Below are positions 9,019 through 18,591 of a DNA stretch of 64,000 nucleotides, one piece after another. The stretch is from positions 1-64,000 of IMG/VR virus record IMGVR_UViG_3300037042_004723; one strand, 5' to 3'. Position 1 is the stretch's first letter. Every line of letters starts with the position of its first letter. Source of the DNA: a virus. Both the position numbers and the translations under genes were made by a program. The notes under the pieces were generated by a model. The model was not told the origin of the DNA and ran no database searches. It saw only the letters and a program-made list of their open reading frames with translations.

Positions 9019-10701
9019 TTATTCGCCATTGCCGGCCAGCTTCCTGCCCCACTGCTCGGCCTTGGCTACCTTGTCTGGAGGTCCCATGAATCTCAGCTTG
9101 CCACCACCGTAGACGTGCCCGATGACCAACATGCCCTTGTCGACAAACGTCTGCGCCATCCTGATAACGTCTGCTCGGGCGAAGGCTCCAGGGACGACCT
9201 CATAGGCCTGCACTTCTTCCTGGTCCGTGAACTCTGTCTTGCCGTTGGTTGGCCCGAAGACGACGCCTAGCTTGTCTGGTCGATCCATGGCAGTGCCCAT
9301 GCCGTACTGGTACAGGCAGTAGAACCCGCGACAGTGGCCAGGCCTGGTGTCGTAGATGGAGCATCCGCGCTCATTGAGGCTCGGGCAGGTTCCCCAGGCA
9401 GGCTTGTTGATTTCCTCGACGCCGAAGACCGTGCAGCAGACCGTACAGTTATGGACGGCGGCCCCTTCTGCGACATAGGATTCATCGTCTTCTACGGATA
9501 GGTTGAACACTTCAATCTGATCGCTTTTTTCAGCGACAGCCTGTACCGGCGTACACCAATAGCCATCCCAGAAAAAGCTTTGCGTTGACGACCAGGCTGT
9601 TTCGATTGGCCGAACTTTGACGGAGTATGAAGCCAGGACGTTGGCATAAGAGGCTGGGATAACTATGTACCATCTGGCGATTCCGAACGTGTACCCGTTG
9701 GACAAACCGGCAAACGAGATGGATGCAGGAATTCCGAGCGAATGGCATAACGCCTGAGCGTCGAGAGCCAACCCACGGTTCACGGTTGTTATCCTGATTT
9801 TGTTCTTGTCGTCACAACTACCGTCCGTGTCTATATATCCGCCTAGGAGATGGAGTCTTTCTTCTCTTGACCAGCCGAAGACGTCTTCATTAAGTTGTTT
9901 GCCGCGTGATCCTTGCCCGCCTTGGCTTACAAGCCAGGCTGCCATTTCTTGGTCGTATGTGTAAATTCTGATCGCTTCTTGATCTTCGCTCATGTTGTAT
10001 ATTTTTGGGACGTTCGCAAGATCTGCTTCGGCGAGAGTGTCTAGCAGCCGGTCGATGTGTGACTCTTCATTGGTACCAGCTGCCAATCCGAATCCTGCCA
10101 GGACATATTCACCTTGGCGCTTCAAACGTTCCTTGATGATATGTCCGTCACCGATATAATATCCGAGAATGCGTGCGCGTTGAGGCCCTGGTCCATTTTT
10201 TGACTGGTGCGTGATTGGTATTGGCGACAGCAGGTAGTCGCCTACTCTGATCTCTTCGGCCGTTGTCCATTGCGTTTGCCAGTCGATTGTTTTGTTACAC
10301 CTGGAACATGTTTTGGCATCGCTCGACGGCCTGTGACCGATACGCTTGCCATTTACCGTTCCGTGGCACGAGCGGACGCTGTTTCGGCGCAGGATCAGGA
10401 ATGGGTGTTCGTTGGTGGCTGTAATTTCCGGTAGGCCTGATGCCTTAATTGACAACGCCCCGTCATCGCTTATCAGTCTCATGGTTGCAGTTACCATTTT
10501 CAAGTTGCCGCGATGAGTTCTGACGAGGTCTCCTATGGCCAGCTCATCGATCGGCCTGTAACCATTCGCCGTTCTAACAAGCGTTCCAGCCACGAAACAG
10601 CCATCGCATGGTCTGACGGCCTGGACGACAGGCAGTGACCGGCGGGGCTTCGCCTGCACCGCCTTCTTGGCCTTGCGCCGTTCTCTATTATTCCGGCCCA
10701 T
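9019..10701 (-). CDS. YkgJ/CxxCxxCC-type cysteine-cluster protein containing an intein
   Basis: Spliced extein reads RPCDG-CTVCC...TCPSLNERGCSIYDTRPGHCRGFYC; start at MGRNNRERRK preferred over the track start 10779. Confidence 0.8.
   Translation of the reverse strand: MGRNNRERRKAKKAVQAKPRRSLPVVQAVRPCDGCFVAGTLVRTANGYRPIDELAIGDLVRTHRGNLKMVTATMRLISDDGALSIKASGLPEITATNEHPFLILRRNSVRSCHGTVNGKRIGHRPSSDAKTCSRCNKTIDWQTQWTTAEEIRVGDYLLSPIPITHQSKNGPGPQRARILGYYIGDGHIIKERLKRQGEYVLAGFGLAAGTNEESHIDRLLDTLAEADLANVPKIYNMSEDQEAIRIYTYDQEMAAWLVSQGGQGSRGKQLNEDVFGWSREERLHLLGGYIDTDGSCDDKNKIRITTVNRGLALDAQALCHSLGIPASISFAGLSNGYTFGIARWYIVIPASYANVLASYSVKVRPIETAWSSTQSFFWDGYWCTPVQAVAEKSDQIEVFNLSVEDDESYVAEGAAVHNCTVCCTVFGVEEINKPAWGTCPSLNERGCSIYDTRPGHCRGFYCLYQYGMGTAMDRPDKLGVVFGPTNGKTEFTDQEEVQAYEVVPGAFARADVIRMAQTFVDKGMLVIGHVYGGGKLRFMGPPDKVAKAEQWGRKLAGNGE
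9448..10599 (-). mobile_element. Intein (384 aa) with LAGLIDADG endonuclease
   Basis: PCDG|CFVAGTLV ... SYVAEGAAVHN|CTVCC; ITATNEHPF block B; LGYYIGDG and LGGYIDTDG. Confidence 0.93.
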
Positions 10702-10921
10702 ATAGTCCGATCCGGAGTTCCATCTTGAGAATGGCTGCGATTTTGGCGAGCGTCTGAATGGTGAGATTTGCCCTCCCATTCAAAATCTGAGAGACGCGAG
10801 CCTCGGTGACGTTCAGATGCGCAGCCAGGTCGCGCTGGGTCATGCCGCTCGCCTCGATCGCTGCCGCCAGCATGCTCGCAACGGCCGAGATGGATTTCTG
10901 ACTATGGCTATTCCTGCCCAT
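10688..10921 (-). CDS. XRE-family HTH protein
   Basis: GMTQRDLAAHLNVTEARVSQILNGRANLTIQTL. Confidence 0.85.
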   Translation of the reverse strand: MGRNSHSQKSISAVASMLAAAIEASGMTQRDLAAHLNVTEARVSQILNGRANLTIQTLAKIAAILKMELRIGLYGPE

Positions 10922-12687
10922 TAATATCCCGTGGTGAACCAGTTGGTGGCCGATATAGGCGCGATTGCCTCTCCTGAGGTATCGAACAGCTTCTGTACTT
11001 CGGGGCTGCGGTACCTTGCCCCCCCAGTGAAGACTTCAATCTGGTCGTTGATTTTACTGTACCCGACTCCATGCGTGTTCTGAGTGATGCACGTTTTCCC
11101 GCCGCGTCTAACCAGGAGCGTACCGTTTTCTACGGAAGCACACCAAACAGGTCCGACGTATTTATCAACTTCCACATTGCTCAATGAAAGGCGCGTTTTG
11201 TGACGGGCGTTGATGGTCAAAAGAAAGCCGGATGCGCCGCGATTTATCTTAGTACTGCGACGACCTGAAACTGCAGCCAGCTCTTGCAAGAGATCAATTT
11301 CTGCTTCCTTGGAAGAAGAAATTTTAATCCCGTTGAAAGACGATCGCCATCCGTCCGTATGCTGATACTCCTCCAGCAGGATTGACGCCTGCCTGGGACT
11401 CAGATCTCTGAACGCTATTGGTAACGTCTTGTTTTTGGCATCAAAAAGAGATGGAATGATCGAAGATTGATTTGAAATACCGATCTTGACAGTTCCGACA
11501 GCCTGCTCATGAGATGAAAACGGGATATTCATTCTTTCCAAGAGAGCGCGCAGTCGATCTATTTTTCTCTGCTTTAGCAGGTGGAATCGTACTTGTTGAT
11601 GTTCGAATCCTCCGTCGGCTGCAACCCAGATGGCCAGCCGGATTTCGTCGTCAGTGATGGTAAGATCGTCTCGCTGGACTGTCCCGGCACATTTGAACAC
11701 CTTTTCGCCTTCTGTCCATTCAGAAGCTTTGAACAGCTCTGGAGCGCCTGTGTATCGGTTAAATCCTACAAGGCCATGTTCTGGCGTGACCAGAAGATCG
11801 ATGTTTCTCGAACTAATGCGATGCATCGGTCCGTCCCATTGATGATCGGCGAACGCTTGAATTTCATTATATTCAAGCGCCCCAGATTGTAGATTCAGTG
11901 TAGCTACCTCATCGCCGACCGTTAGGTTTTTACGGCTTGTCCAGCCGCGTCGAGTGAGCAGTTCTGTTTCATAGTCAAAGCAGTGGCCGCACAGGACGGT
12001 CACCTTCTTGCCTGGATGCTTGGCGACTTCCTCGATGATGACATCGCCGACGGATTTGCAGGAGAACCAGGGCAGCCACTCGTCGTTGCTGAGAGCGCCA
12101 TCATGCCACGTGGCTTCCTTCCAGGGAGGGACGTGAGTCATTAACAGGATATTGTCAAAGCTTGGCAGGGCCTCAGCTAGTGCAGCACGGATCGTGTCGG
12201 CGGATGATCTGCCTAGCTTTCCTAGCAGATCGATTCTGGAGGATAAGCTGTACATAGCCTGAACGCGCGAGAACTCTTCGATTAAGTCCCAGTCGTTTAG
12301 CAGGACGCTGGATTTGGCAGGCAGGCCAAGCTGGCCATCGCCCCAGCCATCGACGCCAATCAGGCAGGCGCTATCTCCAAGGTCTACGACCCCGGCAGCT
12401 TCGATCCAATTCAGTCGGATCTTCCGTTCGGTTATGCTCTTGGCCCACCGTCGCATTTTGCTAATTGAGCTGCCGTAGTAATCGTGGTTGCCAAGGTTGA
12501 AATAAATCGGAATGTCGATTCTTCCCTGCAGCTCTTTGAGCAGGCGCTCGATCAGCTTTGAATTTGAGACATCGCCCGTGAGCACGAGAATGTCAGCATT
12601 CTCCTTGACGATGGTTTGCGCAAAAATAGAGCGCGCCAGGTTGTCGGCGGACTCCAAATGCGTGTCGGTGGCCCAAACGATACGCAT
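10921..12687 (-). CDS. Calcineurin-like metallophosphoesterase containing an intein
   Basis: TDTH, TGD, GNHD, THVPP, GH|TH motifs. Confidence 0.88.
   Translation of the reverse strand: MRIVWATDTHLESADNLARSIFAQTIVKENADILVLTGDVSNSKLIERLLKELQGRIDIPIYFNLGNHDYYGSSISKMRRWAKSITERKIRLNWIEAAGVVDLGDSACLIGVDGWGDGQLGLPAKSSVLLNDWDLIEEFSRVQAMYSLSSRIDLLGKLGRSSADTIRAALAEALPSFDNILLMTHVPPWKEATWHDGALSNDEWLPWFSCKSVGDVIIEEVAKHPGKKVTVLCGHCFDYETELLTRRGWTSRKNLTVGDEVATLNLQSGALEYNEIQAFADHQWDGPMHRISSRNIDLLVTPEHGLVGFNRYTGAPELFKASEWTEGEKVFKCAGTVQRDDLTITDDEIRLAIWVAADGGFEHQQVRFHLLKQRKIDRLRALLERMNIPFSSHEQAVGTVKIGISNQSSIIPSLFDAKNKTLPIAFRDLSPRQASILLEEYQHTDGWRSSFNGIKISSSKEAEIDLLQELAAVSGRRSTKINRGASGFLLTINARHKTRLSLSNVEVDKYVGPVWCASVENGTLLVRRGGKTCITQNTHGVGYSKINDQIEVFTGGARYRSPEVQKLFDTSGEAIAPISATNWFTTGY
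11077..11982 (-). mobile_element. Intein (302 aa) with LAGLIDADG-like endonuclease, Gln-Asn C-terminus
   Basis: LCGH|CFDYETELLT ... GKTCITQN|THG; LLVTPEH block B; WVAADG motif. Confidence 0.88.
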
Positions 12688-12893
12688 CAGAAGGGAACCT
12701 CGAAGGTGGTTTCCTGCTGGACTACGCAGTGGACCGAGAACACGCCGTAGTGGTCCCGATTGATGGCGGGGTACGCCTGGCGAGCCACCTCCGCATCCTC
12801 GTAGGTGTAGTAGATGCGGTGTTCGCAGGTCTTGGCCATGGAAGGCAGGCCCTGCCGCTGGCGCGTCGCGATGATGTAGATCAGATCACTCAT
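12687..12893 (-). CDS. Hypothetical protein
   Basis: ORF track; translationally coupled. Confidence 0.6.
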   Translation of the reverse strand: MSDLIYIIATRQRQGLPSMAKTCEHRIYYTYEDAEVARQAYPAINRDHYGVFSVHCVVQQETTFEVPF

Positions 12894-13308
12894 GGAGATG
12901 CGCCATCACGTTAGCAGTCCAGTACGACTTCTTGCCGATGCGCGACTTGTCCACGCCAGGGAGTGCCGTCCAGGCCGCAGACCTGGCCTTGGAGGCGGCG
13001 ACATCGAACCCAGCGTAGTCGCTGCCAACCATCATCCACTTGTGGTGGTAAACCCATGGGTCCGGCAGCGCCTTCATCATCTTCACCGAGTTGTCTGAGC
13101 CAACCAGGATTGCGTCGCCCATGGTCGGCTCGTGGGCGGTGCCGAAGTCGGCGCACTGGATAAACGTGACGGCCCCGGTGACGCTGTTCATCTTGACCAG
13201 CACGTAGTCGAAACCGACCGGCAACAGGGCCGCCTGGCGCGCGACGTCCACCTCAACGTAATCACGGTGGACGTACACGCAGCCGCCAATGCGCTTGCCG
13301 GCACGCAT
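12886..13308 (-). CDS. Protein resembling the non-MTase domain of the Dnd-associated putative methyltransferase family (TIGR04096-like)
   Basis: GKRIGGCVYVH, DF.TAHEP, YHHKWMMV..DY, RIGKKSYW match the recalled family pattern. Confidence 0.55.
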   Translation of the reverse strand: MRAGKRIGGCVYVHRDYVEVDVARQAALLPVGFDYVLVKMNSVTGAVTFIQCADFGTAHEPTMGDAILVGSDNSVKMMKALPDPWVYHHKWMMVGSDYAGFDVAASKARSAAWTALPGVDKSRIGKKSYWTANVMAHLHE

Positions 13309-13596
13309 TTAAGCGGTTGCCTTGTGCCAGTCGTCAGACGGACGGAGCAAGTGCCAGACGAACGGGCCGGTCATGAAGCTGGTCAGGTGACACCACTTCT
13401 TGGTGTCGAACTCCTGCCCTGTTGCGACAAGAAGGAAAGTCCATGCTTCCTCTGGCTTGCCCGGTACCACCAGCGCCCACAGGCACGGAGAGTTGTTTCC
13501 GTCGACTCCGGCGTGTACGACCTCACAGAACCCGTTGATTTTAATCTCGACGGGCTCTCCGGCCTGGGGGATGGGATACTTGTAGATAAATGCCAT
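13309..13596 (-). CDS. Conserved phage protein (DUF7352-like)
   Basis: IYKYP...LWALV...TG...FVWHL; class-1 promoter 6 nt before ATG. Confidence 0.6.
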   Translation of the reverse strand: MAFIYKYPIPQAGEPVEIKINGFCEVVHAGVDGNNSPCLWALVVPGKPEEAWTFLLVATGQEFDTKKWCHLTSFMTGPFVWHLLRPSDDWHKATA

Positions 13597-13603
13597 GCTC
13601 TAT

Positions 13604-13870
13604 CTACAGTCGAGCGCCGCTAACCTTTCGCTTAGTCGGCTCTTTTTCGGCTCCGGATTGCCACCCATTGGAGTAGGAAACGAAGTTCTTTTCCGGGATT
13701 CCCCTCAGGGTAGATGCACGACCTGTGGCCGCATCAAGATAGCCAACCACGAAGGCGATGCTGTCTTGGCCTCCCTTGGCGGAGTTCTTGACGAAGGTTT
13801 TAACCAGCTTCGTGAAGTCCTTGGTGATCTGATTCGATAGCTTCTGGATTGTCTTGTCGGTCTTGGCCAT
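13604..13870 (-). CDS. Hypothetical protein
   Basis: ORF track; start MAKTDK. Confidence 0.6.
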   Translation of the reverse strand: MAKTDKTIQKLSNQITKDFTKLVKTFVKNSAKGGQDSIAFVVGYLDAATGRASTLRGIPEKNFVSYSNGWQSGAEKEPTKRKVSGARL

Positions 13871-13900
13871 GTCGGGTCTCCTGCGCAAGCGCTTGCGTGG

Positions 13901-14146
13901 CTACTTCGCGGTTCTGACTTGACCACTGGCGTTGACCCGGACGTCCTCTGACGACTCGGCGGGGGTATCTACGCCCTCGATGAGGCCGCAGATGGTGGGG
14001 ACGTCCGCCTTGAGCTGGACTGTCTTGATCGTCCATAGCGTGTCAGGGAACTCGCGGAGGCGGTTCTTCATGATCGTCATGGAGCCGCAGGCCAGCTTCT
14101 TGGCATCGGCATCGGCCTTCTCTACGGCCACGTAAATTTTCGGCAT
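13901..14146 (-). CDS. Hypothetical protein
   Basis: ORF track. Confidence 0.6.
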   Translation of the reverse strand: MPKIYVAVEKADADAKKLACGSMTIMKNRLREFPDTLWTIKTVQLKADVPTICGLIEGVDTPAESSEDVRVNASGQVRTAK

Positions 14147-14251
14147 CGCAGTACCCTCTCATGTAAGCCATTAAAATGGCGTGGAAGGGCGCGATTATAT
14201 GCATCTACGGCCAATTGGAAAGGGGCTTTTGCCCCTGTTGAGATCTTAGGG

Positions 14252-14554
14252 TCAGTCTATTTCGTCGTCGAGGGTGTTCACGGTCGGGACTCGTTCTATC
14301 CCTGCCTTGGTGAGCGCGACGCCGATGGGGTCGTCCGGGCTGGTCGGGTCGACAAGGGAGTGCATGATGGCGATGGCAGCCTGGAGGAGGCGGATTTCCA
14401 CCATGGCCTCCTTGTAAAGCCCGTTCCAGTCGACGGCCGTACAGGTCCAGCCTGCCAGCTCCCAGATGACCTCTCCGTCGTCGCCGATGCCGTCGTTGTA
14501 GTGCTCTTCTTCGAACTCGACGCGCTTGTCGCAGCGTTTACAGAGAGTGCTCAC
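14252..14554 (-). CDS. Hypothetical protein
   Basis: ORF track. Confidence 0.6.
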   Translation of the reverse strand: MSTLCKRCDKRVEFEEEHYNDGIGDDGEVIWELAGWTCTAVDWNGLYKEAMVEIRLLQAAIAIMHSLVDPTSPDDPIGVALTKAGIERVPTVNTLDDEID

Positions 14555-14686
14555 TGGATTTCGTCCTCATGGTTCCGATCTAGATAACATCTTGCGTAGA
14601 GCACGCTGGTCGTATTGGTCCATGAACTGCGGGCTGCTGCCGTTGTATCAGAAGCTGGGGCATGGGCCGATATATGTCCACGACGA

Positions 14687-14899
14687 CTACACGTACTCCG
14701 GCCAGACGAAGATGTCCTCGGGGAATCCGCCCTTGAACTGCGGGCGGATGGGGCCGTGCATCTCCACCACCCAGGCGTACTGCCGGTCCGTCTCGGTGAC
14801 CTGCCGCATGGCGGCGGTTGCTTCGACCTGAGACTTGAAGGGGCCGCATTTTGCGATACCGCCGCCCCTGGCGAACCACTGAATTTTCTTCTTTGCCAT
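14687..14899 (-). CDS. Hypothetical protein
   Basis: ACGAAA-17-TGTAGT-6-ATG. Confidence 0.7.
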   Translation of the reverse strand: MAKKKIQWFARGGGIAKCGPFKSQVEATAAMRQVTETDRQYAWVVEMHGPIRPQFKGGFPEDIFVWPEYV

Positions 14900-14924
14900 G
14901 CCCTAACTACAACGGGGCTGGCGA

Positions 14925-15251
14925 TTATTTTCGTGCTTTGTTCAGGCTTTTGAGCACAGTTTCGGCCTGGGCGATGATGTCCTTGAGGTGGTCAGCGACA
15001 GCGGCGGCCTCCTCCTTGGGGCCAATGAGCTTGGCGACATTCTTCCAGTCGGAGCCATCGCCGGACATGTCCCATTCGATGTCCTTGAGGGCCTTGGAGA
15101 CCTGGAACAGGAGCTTGGCGAATGCTACGCCCTGAGCGCCAAAGGTCGCGGGGCCTTCGTCGGGATGACCGGCGCGGCTGTAGTTGGCGGAGATCTTCAT
15201 CGCCGCTTCTTCGACGCGGCTGTAGAGGTAATCGAGAGATCCGCCGCTCAT
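14925..15251 (-). CDS. Hypothetical phage protein (MSGGSLDYLY...)
   Basis: ORF track. Confidence 0.7.
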   Translation of the reverse strand: MSGGSLDYLYSRVEEAAMKISANYSRAGHPDEGPATFGAQGVAFAKLLFQVSKALKDIEWDMSGDGSDWKNVAKLIGPKEEAAAVADHLKDIIAQAETVLKSLNKARK

Positions 15252-15548
15252 CTATGGCTCCACTTCGCGAAGGAGTGAGACGACGTCACAGGAATCATTT
15301 ACCTTGTCGTCGTAGCCAATAAACGTCAGCTGATTGCCGGCGTATTCTCCCTTGCCATTCCAGACCAGGATGGCCTTCTGGCCGGTTGCGTACTCGTAGC
15401 AGTACTTGGTTCTGATATACAGGTCGGTGCCGTCGATCTTGTACAAGTTAGAGTCCTTGCGCGTGACCGACACCTTGTAGTAATCCGCCGCGTAGCAAAC
15501 GTCTGACATGATCACAGTCAGCAAGACGGCGACGATTAAATTATTCAT
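15252..15548 (-). CDS. Putative exported protein
   Basis: N-terminal hydrophobic signal peptide (LIVAVLLTVIMSDVCYA). Confidence 0.65.
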   Translation of the reverse strand: MNNLIVAVLLTVIMSDVCYAADYYKVSVTRKDSNLYKIDGTDLYIRTKYCYEYATGQKAILVWNGKGEYAGNQLTFIGYDDKVNDSCDVVSLLREVEP

Positions 15549-15847
15549 TTGATCAGTTCCTTCGGCTTCAGAATGGTGGAGAGCTTTGCATCCGGGAACG
15601 CATCCATGACCAGCTTAAGGGCGGCTGCTTGCTTCAGGAAGTCCTCGGGGGTTAGCTCGACTCGGTCTTTGCCCGTGCAGGTAGGGACTAGCCAGAAGAA
15701 TTCGTTCTTCCTGATGAACATGCAGATCTCGACCTTGAGGTCCTTCCAGGACTGGATCATCTCAGGTGTCACGTACTCCATGTCGTCGTTGCAGATGTCG
15801 GCCTGCACGCCGTCGATTGTTACCTGCGACTTGTCATCGTCAACCAT
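15545..15847 (-). CDS. Hypothetical protein
   Basis: GTGAAA-17-TGTAGA-6-ATG. Confidence 0.7.
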   Translation of the reverse strand: MVDDDKSQVTIDGVQADICNDDMEYVTPEMIQSWKDLKVEICMFIRKNEFFWLVPTCTGKDRVELTPEDFLKQAAALKLVMDAFPDAKLSTILKPKELIK

Positions 15848-16063
15848 GGCTTATCTACAATTGAGAGCATCGAATCTTTCACCAAAATGTTCTAACGGCG
15901 ACCGATGAGCATGCGGCCGGAGGACAGAGGCTCGCGATGGGAGACCAGGCCATACAAAAAGTGCCCGTCGGGCCCGGAAGGAAAGGTGATTGGGAAATCG
16001 TTCTCCTTCCGGGACCAACGAGCGAGAAGCCTGTCCTTTCTGATAATCGTCACTGTATCGAGA

Positions 16064-16531
16064 TCACTGAATGTAGATCCAGTCGCGCACCATGCTGGCG
16101 AACTTGACCTTCTTGATCTCGTTGTTGTCGGTGCGCTTAATCTTGACGAAGACGGACTTGCTGTCACCAGAGACGCAGGTATAGGAAACCTTGCCGTCGC
16201 GGCGAGCCCATTTACCTAGACGCCGCCCAAGCAGTTCGTCGAACTGCTTCGCTTTGGCTATGGGCTTGGGGCCGATGATTTTCACCTTGGGCGGGCCCAG
16301 GTCCACGCCTGGCTTGCGCAGGACCGGGATGGCGACGCTGAGCTTCTCCGGGCGGCCCTTCCACGACAATGAGCCTACGACCGTCTGCTTGGGCAGTTCA
16401 GCCCGCATGGCCTCGGCAGCCAGCTTCCAGGCGAGCGCCGTAGCCTCGACGGTGAACAGGTCCATGAGGATGGCGATGCGGGCGGAGAAGACTCGCATCA
16501 GGTCGTCAACTTCTTGAATGGCGTTGCTCAT
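16064..16531 (-). CDS. Hypothetical protein
   Basis: ORF track. Confidence 0.65.
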   Translation of the reverse strand: MSNAIQEVDDLMRVFSARIAILMDLFTVEATALAWKLAAEAMRAELPKQTVVGSLSWKGRPEKLSVAIPVLRKPGVDLGPPKVKIIGPKPIAKAKQFDELLGRRLGKWARRDGKVSYTCVSGDSKSVFVKIKRTDNNEIKKVKFASMVRDWIYIQ

Positions 16532-16557
16532 AGGGTAACCTTGATAGGGGTTTCAAC

Positions 16558-16917
16558 TCAGTCATCCAGCGCCCGTGACTTGGCCTTGGCCGAGACAACC
16601 TTCGGCGGGTCATTCTCGCCACGGGCGACCCTGATGGCCCGCTCATGGCCCGCCAGCGCATCCCTCTTGGAGGCGTGCCGCTCCTGATAGCCGTCGCGAG
16701 CCCCGTTGAAGATCATCGTCTCCCACAGCACCGGAGGGCCTTCTCCGGTGAAATTATGGTCGATGCCGAGAAAGACGGTGGAGACGTAGATCTTGCTCGT
16801 GATGTCATCGACGGCGATGACCCTGTCGTAAGTCTCGAACCACGCGGCCCACTTCATGGTGTCGGTGACAGCCTTCGGCTTGCCGTGCTTGTCCAGGATG
16901 TAGAGCTTCTTGCTCAT
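16558..16917 (-). CDS. Conserved phage hypothetical protein
   Basis: VSTVFLGIDH...PVLWETMIF...GH motif, recalled as common in phages. Confidence 0.7.
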   Translation of the reverse strand: MSKKLYILDKHGKPKAVTDTMKWAAWFETYDRVIAVDDITSKIYVSTVFLGIDHNFTGEGPPVLWETMIFNGARDGYQERHASKRDALAGHERAIRVARGENDPPKVVSAKAKSRALDD

Positions 16918-17321
16918 GGTCGCGCATCATAAATCATACGCAGCTTAGCTATTGTCAAGATGTGGCGCGCAAGCGCTTGCGCCGGTATTAATCCAGGTAC
17001 GTGACTCGGTCGGGGTGTTTATCCAATAGGTTGATCATCTGCATAATAATTCCATCCCCCGGCCCCTTGTTACCGCAGTCGTGCTTGCTGCCCCAGGAAT
17101 CGTCGTTCAACTCAACCCCGAAGATGGTGACGTTGCCGCTACAGGCCTCGCATGGTCACCTGCGCATCAGTTCATCGTCGATGGTTCGTTTGTCGTCGAT
17201 CGTACTGCGGTCTGATTCCGGTTAAGTAGTGCTCCTGTCTTCCAGGAGATGCGTGTCTTAACCGTCCAGACATGAAGCTCTAGTAGCTTAAGAATTATTG
17301 TGTGCCGCAGCCGCATCTCGC

Positions 17322-17597
17322 TCATCCCTGCCTCTCGATATCGTTGAGGGCTACGGCCACGCCATGCAGGGCCTCTGCCTTGGCAAGCAGCTCGCGGATG
17401 TCCGCAGAGGCGTCCATCACACCGTGCATGTCATTTAGCCGCAGACGAACGTCCATGTACCGCCGCATCTCCGCTATGCAGCCATGGAGTTCGTCAATCT
17501 TCCCGAGTATCTCGCTGCGCAGTGAGCTGGATGTTCGGGCCTCAAACACGAGCGTCATGGGGCATCGCTGCGGTTCGCGTTCTGTCTGGTGGTTCAC
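17322..17597 (-). CDS. Hypothetical protein
   Basis: ORF track. Confidence 0.5.
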   Translation of the reverse strand: MNHQTEREPQRCPMTLVFEARTSSSLRSEILGKIDELHGCIAEMRRYMDVRLRLNDMHGVMDASADIRELLAKAEALHGVAVALNDIERQG

Positions 17598-17817
17598 CCC
17601 TGCATGTTTCCACTATTTAATAACAATTGTGAACAGCGGACTGCTCATGGTGCGCTGGCAGCCTTTCGTTTTTCTTGGCAGTACTGACAGAGGAACATGT
17701 TCCGCCAGCCGGCGCGCTCACCCAGGAACACCCGGAAAGGTTGTAATGGCAGATACTTCGTCTCGGGACCGTGGCAGCCTTCGCATAGGTTGCCCTCGCC
17801 TGGCTCGCTGTGCTGTC

Positions 17818-18036
17818 TCATGTTCTGGTGGCCTTCATTCTTGCTCGATGCGCCTTGGCCTGGCGATTCCGTTTACGTCGGTTCCGGCGTTGCCAGTCGG
17901 CCTGGCGCTTCGAGCAGGCGTCGCAGTATACTCGTGGGTGACCTGGCGGCAGCAAGTCGGAGCAGCCTACGCAACGTTTGATCCGTTTTCTTAGCTGGTA
18001 ATAGGCGCGGCGGATGTCATTGGGGATGGGCCCCAT
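17818..18036 (-). CDS. Small basic CxxC...CxxC protein
   Basis: CVGC...YCDAC, Arg-rich tail. Confidence 0.6.
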   Translation of the reverse strand: MGPIPNDIRRAYYQLRKRIKRCVGCSDLLPPGHPRVYCDACSKRQADWQRRNRRKRNRQAKAHRARMKATRT

Positions 18037-18042
18037 AAATAT

Positions 18043-18264
18043 CTACCTCTTCAGCCTCCAGCGGCCTCGGTCATCGTAGTTGAAGTAGGTGGCGTAGGGC
18101 CCTGGCGTCCAGGCGCGGCGGACCAGCTTCCGAAGGGTGATGCTGGTTCTGGTGAACCCTTGGCGGGTGACCCTCCTGAGCGAGAGGACTTTCCGCTCGA
18201 TCCCAGAGCGAACCTCAACGATGACGTCCCCCTTCTTGAGGGCTAGCCACTCCTCAGGCGTCAT
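18043..18264 (-). CDS. Hypothetical protein
   Basis: ORF track. Confidence 0.6.
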   Translation of the reverse strand: MTPEEWLALKKGDVIVEVRSGIERKVLSLRRVTRQGFTRTSITLRKLVRRAWTPGPYATYFNYDDRGRWRLKR

Positions 18265-18318
18265 CGCCCTTCTTGACCTCGTGCGCGTAGCAAATCCATT
18301 TTCCCGTCATCGGCGCGC

Positions 18319-18591
18319 TCATCGCTCCCACCCCGGCGCGGGCCTGCCCATCCCGGGCCACCACTTGCCGCCGCCGTCGGGGTCGTCGATGCCGGTGTGG
18401 GCCGCCCACAGCGCCCCGGCCACGGCGAGGTTCGCGGCGAGGGTCTCGCGCCACGCGGTCGCGGCGATGAGCGTGGCCGCGTCCATCACTAGCCCGTCGA
18501 AGGCGGTGTGCGCGAGCACGGTGGCGGACCCGACGAAGGTCAGGGTGCGCTCGGCGTCGGTGATGGCCAGGTTGATCTCGCGGTCGGTCAT
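18319..18591 (-). CDS. Hypothetical protein (high-GC island)
   Basis: Start MTDREIN; coupled to upstream gene. Confidence 0.55.
   Translation of the reverse strand: MTDREINLAITDAERTLTFVGSATVLAHTAFDGLVMDAATLIAATAWRETLAANLAVAGALWAAHTGIDDPDGGGKWWPGMGRPAPGWER

Noticed and set aside
16990-17222. Possible TGA readthrough or selenocysteine (…ELMRR*PCEAC…) on the minus strand
   Set aside because: Single instance with no start codon or SECIS evident; TGA is a normal stop elsewhere; more likely a decayed ORF
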